From NCBI GenBank assembly GCA_963780225.1, contig CAWAAX010000006.1:96001-160000 (forward strand): a stretch of DNA of 64,000 bases, in the 5' to 3' direction. The DNA is from an uncultured bacterium (GTDB lineage: Bacteria; Edwardsbacteria; AC1; EtOH8). This document shows positions 45,665-54,415 of the stretch, one piece after another (position 1 is the stretch's first letter; each line of letters opens with the position of its first letter). The notes beneath the pieces were generated by a model that ran no database searches, was not told where the DNA came from, and worked only from the letters and a program-made list of their open reading frames with translations. The translations under genes were made by a program, and so were the position numbers.

Positions 45665-48346
45665 ATGGATCCCAACGCTCAAAATACCGCCGCCACAATC
45701 AGTCCCGAAGAGCAGGGCATCCTGCGCAGCTTCCGCTCCCGGCTGGATGTCAAGGATTCGGCGGCTCACAATAACCTGGGAGTGGTCTTTTATCATAAGG
45801 CCATGTATGCCGAGGCTATCGAAGTATTGCAGAAGGCCATTGAGCTGGATCCCAAGAACGTACTGGCCCGCCACAATCTGGAGGTTGTTTACCGAAAAAG
45901 CGGCTATTATGACCGGGTGATAGAGCAGGCCAAAAAGAATATCGACCAATCCGAGGATTTTCCTTCGCATTTCCGGCTGGCCGAGGCATTGCGCAACACC
46001 GGCCAGTATAAATCGGCTATCGAGCATTACCGCCAGGCATTGAAACTGAAGCCCGATGATTTTTTGACCCACATTTATCTGGGCCTGACCCTGAAGCAGC
46101 AGGGCGAGTTCGATCAGGCGGTCAAGGTCTACCAGGCCGCCTTAAAGGTGGATCCCGTATCATATGTAGCCCACACCGCTTTGGGCGAGATCTTCTACAA
46201 TCTGGGGTTACTGGAACAATCGATAACCGAGCTGCAGTCGGCGGTCCAGATAAATCCCGACGGGGCCGAAGCGCATTTTCTACTGGGTTTCACTTACGGC
46301 GAAAAGGGCCTGCTGGAGAAGGCCATCGAAGAATCGCGAAAAGCCATTGCTTTAAATCCCAATTATGCCCGGGCTCAGGCCAATCTGGGAATCGATTATT
46401 ATAACCAGGACCTGTTATCCGAGATCAAACGCCATTCCGAAGATCAGCCCCAGGTGTCCCCGGATGGTTTCATGACTCATTACAATCTGGGCGTGGGTTT
46501 TAAACGCAAAGGGCTTTTTAAGCAGGCCCTAAGTGAATTTGAAAAGGCGTTAGGAACAGGACAGGAATCGGGGTTAGTTCACAAGGAGCTGGGTGAGGTC
46601 TATCTTTTGATGGGCCAGAACCAGCCGGCCATCGAGGCCTACAAGAAGGCCTTGGAATTTGAACCTAGAAATCAGAAAATATACAACGATATCGGACTGG
46701 CCTGTAACCGGCTGGGGCTTTCCCCAGAAGCCATCCGATGGTACCAGGGAGCTCTGGACTTGGATCCCGGATACGCCATCAGCCTGAATAATCTGGGCAT
46801 TGCTTATTTTTATCAGAACCAGCCGGAACAGGCGGTGGAAAAGGTCAGACAGGCGGTAGCCTTAAACCCGCAATACAGCGATGCCCATTTTAATCTAGGT
46901 CTGTTGTTTGCCAAGGCTAGCAATGATGAGATGGCCATGAAAGAATACCTGGAGGTCTTAAAGCTAAACCCCCAGTCGGTGCTGGCTCACAACAATATCG
47001 GACTGTTGCATCTGAAAAAGAAAAATTATCCCCAGGCCATCGAGGAACTGCAAAAGGCCATTGAACTGGACGGAGGATTTGCCGAGGCCCACTACAACCT
47101 CAGTTTTGCCCTGGCCGCCACCGAGCGCTATCAGGATTCGGTGGCCGCTTCCAAAAAAGCCATGGAACTGAAATCGTCCTACACCGGCGGCTCATTTAAA
47201 TTGGGGATAGATATTTTTGTGGAGAATCCCAATCTGTTGATTTTGGAACAATGGCAGGGTTCGGGCCAGGAGAAAGGAACCACGGTCTCGTCTGATATTT
47301 TTGGAGGAGTGCTGGAGGACGCTTCCTTACGAGCCAAATCAACCAGATGGGAGGAGCGGGAACTGCAGTCCGATCTCCAAAAACTTAAAGAGTTACGAAG
47401 CCAGGGCGACAATGCCGAAGCCCGCAAACAGGCCCAGGCCATTATCGAACAGCAGCCCCAGAACCCGGCGGCCTTAAAGGCCCTGGCCGAGATCTCTCTG
47501 GAGGAAAAACAGGGAGCTGAGGCGGCGGTACATTATAAATTGTTGATCAAGCTTTTTCCCGGCCAGCCAGAATATATTTCGGGCCTTAGCAGAACATATC
47601 TGATGCAAAACCTTCCCGATCAGGCGATCAAAGCATTGGAGAACGGCCTGAAAAATTCCTCCCATACCCCGGAACTGCAACTGGAACTTGGCCGGCTCTA
47701 TTTAAACCTGGGACAGCATAAACAGGCCCAACAGAATTTTGAAAAGGCACTAAAAGACGATTCCCAGAACATTCATCTTTATCTGGGCCTGGGGCAGGCC
47801 TTTGAAGCACAGGGTCAGCCCGAGGAAGCGGTGATGGCCTACCGTCAGGCCATAAATATTTCGCCTAAGCTGCCATACGGTTATCACCAGCTGGGGCTGC
47901 TGCTTTTGGCGGCGGGCAAGCCCGATGCCGCGGCCGAGGAGCTAAGAAAGGCGGTGGTCAATAACCCCGCCCACCTGGAATCGCATTTGGCATTGGGCGA
48001 GATCTACCTAAAACAAAATTTGCTGGACAAGGCCTCGGTGGAGTTTGCCATAGCGGTCAAGATAGCTCCCAAAAGCTTTGAGGCCCGGCTGGGCCAGGCT
48101 GCGATGTTTGCCCGGACCGGCAAGGCCGACCAGGCCTACGCCCTCTGTCAGGAGCTGATGGCTTCCTACGGCGATCGGGCAGAGTTGTATCTCTTGCTGG
48201 GAAAACTTCTGGCTCAGAGGGGAAAGACCAGGGATGCGGTGGAGGCCTGGCAGAAGGCGGTCAATTTCACCCAGGACCAGAATATAAGGCAGCAGGCCAC
48301 CAAGGCCATTGATGCGGCCCTGCAGTGGCAGGAAGTATCTGGCTGA
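45665..48346 (+). CDS. Long TPR protein (about 20 repeats)
   Basis: Many A..NLG..Y...G...EA......A..L.P units; no signal peptide; ATG at 45665. Confidence 0.92.
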   Translation: MDPNAQNTAATISPEEQGILRSFRSRLDVKDSAAHNNLGVVFYHKAMYAEAIEVLQKAIELDPKNVLARHNLEVVYRKSGYYDRVIEQAKKNIDQSEDFPSHFRLAEALRNTGQYKSAIEHYRQALKLKPDDFLTHIYLGLTLKQQGEFDQAVKVYQAALKVDPVSYVAHTALGEIFYNLGLLEQSITELQSAVQINPDGAEAHFLLGFTYGEKGLLEKAIEESRKAIALNPNYARAQANLGIDYYNQDLLSEIKRHSEDQPQVSPDGFMTHYNLGVGFKRKGLFKQALSEFEKALGTGQESGLVHKELGEVYLLMGQNQPAIEAYKKALEFEPRNQKIYNDIGLACNRLGLSPEAIRWYQGALDLDPGYAISLNNLGIAYFYQNQPEQAVEKVRQAVALNPQYSDAHFNLGLLFAKASNDEMAMKEYLEVLKLNPQSVLAHNNIGLLHLKKKNYPQAIEELQKAIELDGGFAEAHYNLSFALAATERYQDSVAASKKAMELKSSYTGGSFKLGIDIFVENPNLLILEQWQGSGQEKGTTVSSDIFGGVLEDASLRAKSTRWEERELQSDLQKLKELRSQGDNAEARKQAQAIIEQQPQNPAALKALAEISLEEKQGAEAAVHYKLLIKLFPGQPEYISGLSRTYLMQNLPDQAIKALENGLKNSSHTPELQLELGRLYLNLGQHKQAQQNFEKALKDDSQNIHLYLGLGQAFEAQGQPEEAVMAYRQAINISPKLPYGYHQLGLLLLAAGKPDAAAEELRKAVVNNPAHLESHLALGEIYLKQNLLDKASVEFAIAVKIAPKSFEARLGQAAMFARTGKADQAYALCQELMASYGDRAELYLLLGKLLAQRGKTRDAVEAWQKAVNFTQDQNIRQQATKAIDAALQWQEVSG

Positions 48347-48350
48347 TTAG

Positions 48351-48382
48351 CCACAGAGGCACAGAGACACAGAGATACAGAG
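48351..48382 (+). repeat. Four 8-mers (nnACAGAG)
   Basis: ccacagag gcacagag acacagag atacagag. Confidence 0.85.
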
Positions 48383-48463
48383 GATTTATCCTATCTTGTT
48401 TGACCCCCACTTTTAAGAAGCACACAAACAGTATTTGTTTTTTAAATTTCTGATTTTAGCAAA

Positions 48464-49714
48464 ATGGCGATCGAAGGCCCCATAAAAGAACTTAGCCTGA
48501 TGGACCTGTTCCAGCTGCTGGCCATGTCCCGGAAGTCCGGGGTGCTGACGCTGGATTCTGCCCATGACGTGGGGCAGGTATTCTTTTCCAACGGCAATAT
48601 AATACGGGCCAGCCTGCAGCAAGGTTACGAGCGGATCGGGCAGATAATGCTGAAGGCCGGAAAGATCACCAGCCCTCAGTTGGAAAGGATATTAAAGGAT
48701 CAGGCGTCCTCCCAAGAGCGCAAACGGTTCGGGGTCCTGGCGGCCGAAAACAGTTTTGTCGGCAAGCCTGCAGTCAAAGAAGCTTTGAAGACCCAGGTGG
48801 AGGAAGTGGTTTATGCCATCATGGGCTGGAAGGACGGCTACTTCAGGTTTGAGGAAATGGATCTTTCGTCCGACACCGATACCGAATTGCTGTTGATTAC
48901 CGAGAACGTGATGATGGAGGTCTCCCGCCGGCTTGACGAATGGTCAAAGATCCACTCCAAACTTCCCGATCTGGATATGGTCCTCAGCCTTTCACAGGGC
49001 AGCGAGCTGGCTTCGGGCAAGCTTGACCTCAAGCCAGAGGAATGGTTGATAATGGCCACCATCGACGGCAAAAGAACCGCCCGCCAAGTGATAGAGACCA
49101 CGGGTGGTAGGGAGTTCGAAACCGCTAAGGTAATATACGGGCTCTGCGCCACCGGCCTGGTAAGGGTTTTGGGTAAAAAAACCGAACTGAAGCTCGATCT
49201 GCAGGAACCGGAGCAGGATCCCATAAAGCAGGGGATAACAGACCTGAACGACGGGAAAATAGAAAAAGCCATCAGCATCTTTAACCAATTGTTGCAAAAA
49301 GATCCGGAGATGGTCCAGGCCCATATTTATCTGGGCGAGGCTTATTATTTGACCGAATCGTACGATGAGGCCGTAATGGAATACAAACTGGCCAGCAAGG
49401 GAGAGGAAAATAATCCGGAAATAAATTACTGTCTGGGCTTTACCTACGCCCGTCTGGGCAGGCTGGAATTGGCGGTAGAACGCTGGGGAAAATTCTTGAG
49501 ATTTGCCGGCGGCGATAAAAGGGCCGAAAAAGTGCGGGAGATGGTGACTCTGGCGGTGCGTTGGGCCGAAGGGCTGGAGGGAAAGACCAGTATCCAACCA
49601 GGGCCGGCAGAACCAAAAAACGAATCTGTGAGACCGGAGGGGCTGCCCATTGAGCTTTCGTCTGAGGTCAAGTCCTGGTTAGAGAAGATGAAAAAACCCA
49701 AGGAACCCCGATAG
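48464..49714 (+). CDS. DUF4388 (PATAN-like) plus TPR protein
   Basis: MAIEG.I..LSL.DL.QLL...RKSG.L, G.V.F..G.I, RIG..., W..G.F.F, ME..RR.DEW, IDG.RT. Confidence 0.88.
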   Translation: MAIEGPIKELSLMDLFQLLAMSRKSGVLTLDSAHDVGQVFFSNGNIIRASLQQGYERIGQIMLKAGKITSPQLERILKDQASSQERKRFGVLAAENSFVGKPAVKEALKTQVEEVVYAIMGWKDGYFRFEEMDLSSDTDTELLLITENVMMEVSRRLDEWSKIHSKLPDLDMVLSLSQGSELASGKLDLKPEEWLIMATIDGKRTARQVIETTGGREFETAKVIYGLCATGLVRVLGKKTELKLDLQEPEQDPIKQGITDLNDGKIEKAISIFNQLLQKDPEMVQAHIYLGEAYYLTESYDEAVMEYKLASKGEENNPEINYCLGFTYARLGRLELAVERWGKFLRFAGGDKRAEKVREMVTLAVRWAEGLEGKTSIQPGPAEPKNESVRPEGLPIELSSEVKSWLEKMKKPKEPR

Positions 49715-49792
49715 CCGGCCAAAGGAAGCAAAGCTATGGTGGTTATAATCAAATGAGTCCAAGTAAAAATCAACCGACATTTTTTTAAATCC

Positions 49793-50770
49793 ATGCCCGA
49801 CCTAACAGAAAATACTACACCCGACCAGATGGTAAACGATCCTTCGTCCCAGTTGTTTGCTTCCTTGGCTGACTTTTATCGGGATAACGGCCTCATCTCC
49901 GAGGCCATCGCCATCTGCCAGGCCGGTCTGGAATCTGAGCCTTCCAATATTGACGGCCGGATAGTTCTGGCCAAGTGCCTATTGGCCACCAAACAGTATA
50001 TTTCGGCCAGGGCCGAGGCGGTGAAAGTCCTCTCGGTGCAGGCCGAAAATTCAGAAGCCAAGGAAATACTTTCTCGGGCCGATTCCGCCATCCCGGAAGC
50101 GCATGATTCCGTCCTTTCACCGGTTACGGCCCATAAGGAAGCGATCCCAGCACCTGGGCTGCCGATAAGACCAGAGGCTGAAGCAGCTTCTCCAGAAACT
50201 GCGGCCCAGAAGGATAAACCAGCTCCTGAACCGGTGAAGTTACCGAAGTCGCCCGTCCAGGAAATTCCGTCAAGCCTCCTTCCGTTAATATCCGATCGTT
50301 TGGAAAAACAGCCGGTTGCACCGCTAAAAACAGAGGAAAAGCCGGCGGCTCAAAACGAAATTTCAAAACCACCTTCCGAGGAGGTAACCGAATGGCAGGC
50401 TGGTTTTGGAAAGATCATGAACGATCTGGTGCAGACCCCGCAGGTCAAGGCCTGCATGCTGGTGGACGAGAATGGTTATGCCGTGGCCGACGCCGTATCG
50501 CGCAACGGACAAAGTCTTTCCGAAGATACTGCCGCCCTGTCCACCAATATTTTTAAGACAGCTTACGAAGCATTGAAAAAAATAAAACTGGGAGAACTGG
50601 AAAGGATCGTAATAGAGAGCGGGGACGGGAAAATATTTTTGCGCCAGGCTGGACGGATGGTGCTGCTGATTTCAGCTGATGTCTCGGCCAAGGTGGGACT
50701 GGTGATGGTCAACAGCAAACGGGCGGCGGAACAGGCGGAAAAACTCACCCCAAAAGGCCCGGCCAAATGA
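49793..50770 (+). CDS. TPR, Pro-rich linker and C-terminal Roadblock/LC7 domain protein
   Basis: N-terminal FA.LAD.YR..G...EAI..C..GL; C-terminal V.ACMLVD.NG, AAL, LGEL...IE...GK. Confidence 0.8.
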   Translation: MPDLTENTTPDQMVNDPSSQLFASLADFYRDNGLISEAIAICQAGLESEPSNIDGRIVLAKCLLATKQYISARAEAVKVLSVQAENSEAKEILSRADSAIPEAHDSVLSPVTAHKEAIPAPGLPIRPEAEAASPETAAQKDKPAPEPVKLPKSPVQEIPSSLLPLISDRLEKQPVAPLKTEEKPAAQNEISKPPSEEVTEWQAGFGKIMNDLVQTPQVKACMLVDENGYAVADAVSRNGQSLSEDTAALSTNIFKTAYEALKKIKLGELERIVIESGDGKIFLRQAGRMVLLISADVSAKVGLVMVNSKRAAEQAEKLTPKGPAK

Positions 50771-50850
50771 CTGCTGACCCGAAAAGGTCCCTTTGCAGGT
50801 CAGATATTAAAATCGAGCTAAAACCGCCGAAAACAAGATAAAAGAATATC

Positions 50851-51192
50851 ATGAAAGAAATACTCAATCAAATAAACGAGATCTCCGGGGTCAAGGGAAG
50901 TCTGGTGGTGGATAACGAGGGCTTGGTAGTTGTTTCCAATCTGATGTCGGGAATGGAGGAACGGACCATCAGCGCCATGGTGGCCGGAATTTACCAGGAG
51001 ATAATCAAATCCCTCCGGCCGGACAAGGGGACTGAACTTTCCGGAGTACAACTTTCGGCCAGCGAAGGTAGCATCATATTCCTATGCGCACCGGAATGCA
51101 TCCTGACGGTGATCACCGAGCCAGGGGCCAATATTGGATTGGTATCCATTAAAATGAAGGCCAGCCTGGAAAGATTGATAAAGATATTATGA
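50851..51192 (+). CDS. Roadblock/LC7 (MglB/MglC-like) protein
   Basis: GV.GSLVVD.EGLVV, SAM.A, NIGL. Confidence 0.85.
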   Translation: MKEILNQINEISGVKGSLVVDNEGLVVVSNLMSGMEERTISAMVAGIYQEIIKSLRPDKGTELSGVQLSASEGSIIFLCAPECILTVITEPGANIGLVSIKMKASLERLIKIL

Positions 51193-51731
51193 CCAATCTC
51201 CAGTTCATCATATCCAAAGAGGTCACCGTCGCCGTGGAACGGGAGATGGCTCAATACATCAAAGCCTCCCGGGCCAAGTGCGTGATCCTTTTATCCAAGG
51301 ATGGCCACCTGATCAGCCAGTCGGGCTATATCTCCGATTTCAATCTGCAACCGATATCGGCCCTGATCGGTGGCATCTTTTCTTCCACCCAGGCCCTGGC
51401 CCGTTTGGTGCAGGAAGAAAAGTTCAAAGTGATGTTCCAGGAAGGATCAAAATGGAATGTCTATTTCTGCCTGGTGGCCGAGCATTTTATCCTGGCCACC
51501 ATCTTTGATAAATCAACAGTAGTGGGCATGATCCGCCATGCCGCCGCCGAAGCCGAAAAAGCGCTTGCTCCGTACCTGGAAAAAACATGGAGCGATGAAG
51601 GTAATGATACCCCTCTATCAGAGGGAGATGCCCAGGAACCGGCTACCAGCCGGGGGCAGGAAAACCAGGAGATAATGCTGCCCGACCTTAACCGGGAAGT
51701 AGAGGATGCCCTGTCCAAGCTGTTCTCTTGA
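51189..51731 (+). CDS. mglB: MglB-like Roadblock protein with acidic tail and C-terminal helix
   Basis: L...DG.LI, AL..G......LA.L..E..F....QEG, IFD....G; directly upstream of mglA. Confidence 0.8.
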   Translation: MTNLQFIISKEVTVAVEREMAQYIKASRAKCVILLSKDGHLISQSGYISDFNLQPISALIGGIFSSTQALARLVQEEKFKVMFQEGSKWNVYFCLVAEHFILATIFDKSTVVGMIRHAAAEAEKALAPYLEKTWSDEGNDTPLSEGDAQEPATSRGQENQEIMLPDLNREVEDALSKLFS

Positions 51732-51851
51732 GCGTTCATTAACCAGGTCAAGATATTTGTTGCATACTGTAGGCCCCGTCCAAGAGATTTATTTGTCACC
51801 TCATTAATAATCCAAATGTCTTAACCATAATCATTCAATTCAAATAAGATC

Positions 51852-52445
51852 ATGTCTTTAATCAACTACTCATACAAAGAGATTACTTGTAAGATTGTTT
51901 ATTACGGGCCGGGGCGCTGCGGCAAGACCACCAATCTTCAGTATATCTATGGCAAGATCCCAGACGAAAAGCGGAGCTCCATGGTCAGCCTGGCCACCGA
52001 AAAGGACCGCACCCTGTTTTTCGATTTTTTACCGCTGGAGTTGGGGACCATAGCCGGTTACAAAACCAGGGTCCAGCTTTACACTGTGCCTGGTCAGGTA
52101 TTTTACAACTCCACCCGCAAATTAGTGCTACAGGGCTCGGATGGCGTGGTTTTTGTGGCCGATTCTCAGGTCGATCTGTGGCAGGAAAACCAAGAGAGCC
52201 TGCAGAACCTGAGGGACAATCTCTCCGGACTGGGGATGGATCTTTATAAAATCCCACTGGTAATGCAGTACAACAAACGGGACCTGCCCAACATCATGTC
52301 GGTAGCCGACCTGAACACCGGACTCAATTTCAGGCGGGCCCACCATTTCGAAGCAGTAGCTACCACCGGGGTAGGGGTCTTTGATACATTAAAGACCATC
52401 AGCGCTTTGGTTTTGCAGTCTCTTTCTGCCAAATATAAAAAGTAA
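51852..52445 (+). CDS. mglA: MglA small Ras-like GTPase
   Basis: KIVYYGPGRCGKTTN, DRTLFFDFLP, YTVPGQ, DGVVFVADS, YNKRD, EAVA. Confidence 0.96.
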   Translation: MSLINYSYKEITCKIVYYGPGRCGKTTNLQYIYGKIPDEKRSSMVSLATEKDRTLFFDFLPLELGTIAGYKTRVQLYTVPGQVFYNSTRKLVLQGSDGVVFVADSQVDLWQENQESLQNLRDNLSGLGMDLYKIPLVMQYNKRDLPNIMSVADLNTGLNFRRAHHFEAVATTGVGVFDTLKTISALVLQSLSAKYKK

Positions 52446-52571
52446 AAACAGTATCCGGGAAGGCTCATCTCTAAAGAATGGAAACACGGCAGAATGATTT
52501 ATCGGCCCTCTTAGTTATTTATACTTACTGGCAACATCAAATCACCTCCAACCGCCATAGCCAAAATACCA

Positions 52572-53960
52572 ATGGATAAAAATAGTTCTGAAATAATCGA
52601 GACCAACTACGTCTTTCACAACTTCTTTATCGGGCCCAACAACCGCCTGGCATTTTCTGCTGCCCTGAAGGTATCAGAGGAACCTGGGAGGATCTACAAT
52701 CCTCTGGTGATCTACGGCGGAGTGGGCCTGGGAAAGACCCACCTGCTACATGCGGTAGGTAATGCCGTGGCCCTGTCTCATCCGGAATATAAAATTGAAA
52801 TCCTGGCCGGAAGCCAGCTGGTGGTGGGCGATTTGGCCCGGGCCGAGCAGTCCGACCTGCTGTTGTTTGACGATCTCCACCTAGGCCTGCACCAGCGCGA
52901 TGTCCAGGCAAGATTGTTGCCTCTGTTTGACCGGATGATAGGCTCGGGGCGGCAGATTGTAATCACCACTGACATGCATCCCCAGAAAATAGAAGCACTG
53001 GACCCCAAACTACTTTCCCGGCTTTTAGGAGGGGTGTTTGTGGTACTAAAGGAGATAGAACTTAGGGAAAAGGGGTTAATCCTTTATAAAAAAGCCGAGG
53101 CCCGCGGGCAAATTCTGCCTGAAGACGTTTTACATCTGATCGCTTCCCGGGTCTCTTCCAATATCCGGGAGATAGAGGGAGCCTTGAACCGGGTATTGCT
53201 GTATTCTTCACTGATGGAGGGCCCGGTTACCAAAGATACGGTGGATGAAGCATTGCCCCCGGCGGTTTCGGCCGAGGTACAGCCGGAACCGGAATCGGCA
53301 GAGGCCGCTAAAGAACCAGCGGCCAAACCAGAAGGTGAGTTCGGGGCGTTTGTGTCCGGGTTGGATGACCGGATGCTGAATATGTTAACGGAACAACAGG
53401 ATACTGAAAAGATCCGGCGGGAATATAAAGAGAAGATTTACATCTGGAAGATGAAGGGCTTTAACACTATCTCGGTGGAACTGTCATTGGATAAGGATAT
53501 TTCAGTCTTGTCTTCGGAATACGATAAATACACGGTCAATGTAGAACGGCTGATTGACTTGCAACAGCAGTTTGGACAGATGGCCGCCAAGTCAACCCCG
53601 GAAGAAATATCCCAGATCGAGTCGGTATTGTTTGATCCTGAACAAACAGATAAATTGGAGCAATTGGTTAAAAGCCTTTCCCAAAGATTAAGCGGAGGTA
53701 ACAGCAAAACTTTGCCGCAAACAGAGGCGGCGGTGACAACTTCGCCGTTGGATCCCCCTAAACCAGAATCGCCAGAACTGCCAGTCCAGCCTGCTATTCT
53801 CATAACTAAACCGGTCCCGGAAATAAAAACAGAACATCAGGCTGTAAAATTACCGGAGTCCGTAGCCCAATCCAAACCGGACGATATTTTAGCGGAAAAG
53901 GCCGGTATCATTGAAGAAAGCTGGCCCTGGTTGGCCGACAGACTGATGGAAGAATTTTAA
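52572..53960 (+). CDS. DnaA/Hda-like AAA+ ATPase with an unknown C-terminal domain (no domain I or IV)
   Basis: Y.F.NF..G..N..A, YNPL.IYGGVGLGKTHL, LLFDD, SRL.GG, SNIREIEGAL; unrelated helical and Pro-rich C-terminus. Confidence 0.85.
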   Translation: MDKNSSEIIETNYVFHNFFIGPNNRLAFSAALKVSEEPGRIYNPLVIYGGVGLGKTHLLHAVGNAVALSHPEYKIEILAGSQLVVGDLARAEQSDLLLFDDLHLGLHQRDVQARLLPLFDRMIGSGRQIVITTDMHPQKIEALDPKLLSRLLGGVFVVLKEIELREKGLILYKKAEARGQILPEDVLHLIASRVSSNIREIEGALNRVLLYSSLMEGPVTKDTVDEALPPAVSAEVQPEPESAEAAKEPAAKPEGEFGAFVSGLDDRMLNMLTEQQDTEKIRREYKEKIYIWKMKGFNTISVELSLDKDISVLSSEYDKYTVNVERLIDLQQQFGQMAAKSTPEEISQIESVLFDPEQTDKLEQLVKSLSQRLSGGNSKTLPQTEAAVTTSPLDPPKPESPELPVQPAILITKPVPEIKTEHQAVKLPESVAQSKPDDILAEKAGIIEESWPWLADRLMEEF

Positions 53961-54030
53961 TGACTCTTCAGTCAATAAGACATTAAGACACAAAACCATA
54001 TTTTTAGACTAGTGCCCAAAAGGAAAGGGG

Positions 54031-54230
54031 ATTTATCCGCCTACGCAGAACACCGCCCCGATATATCGGGGCGGATGAATGCGCAAATAAAAGATGCTTC
54101 CACCTACGCTAATGCTGCGGCGGACAGGTCGGTGGATGTCGCTGATTACACAAGTCGGATAGCCCCGCCCTGGGCGGGGTAACCTAAGGTTTGGTACTAC
54201 GCCTACGTACCTCTACTCCGGCGCACAAGC
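54031..54230. repeat. Cluster of REP-like palindromes
   Basis: ccgccccgatatatcggggcgg; ccacctacgctaatgctgcggcggacagg (54100..54128); ccccgccctgggcgggg; cgcctacgtacctctactccggcgcacaag. Confidence 0.7.
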
Positions 54231-54415
54231 ACTGCTATGCCCGTGGGGCTCCATAATAAGCCTGTTCGCCACCAATCGGAATGTTACTGGGGGGATACTG
54301 GGCCAAAGAAAACATAACTTATTGAAAATTGATTAAAAGAATTATTATCTAATTTATAAACCTGGCGACTCGACGACCGAGTAATTACAAACTTGAAATT
54401 CATTATTTTAACCAA

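Noticed and set aside
52572..54415. Canonical dnaA with oriC
   Set aside because: Domains I and IV are missing, no dnaN/recF/gyrB context, and I saw no TTATCCACA box cluster.
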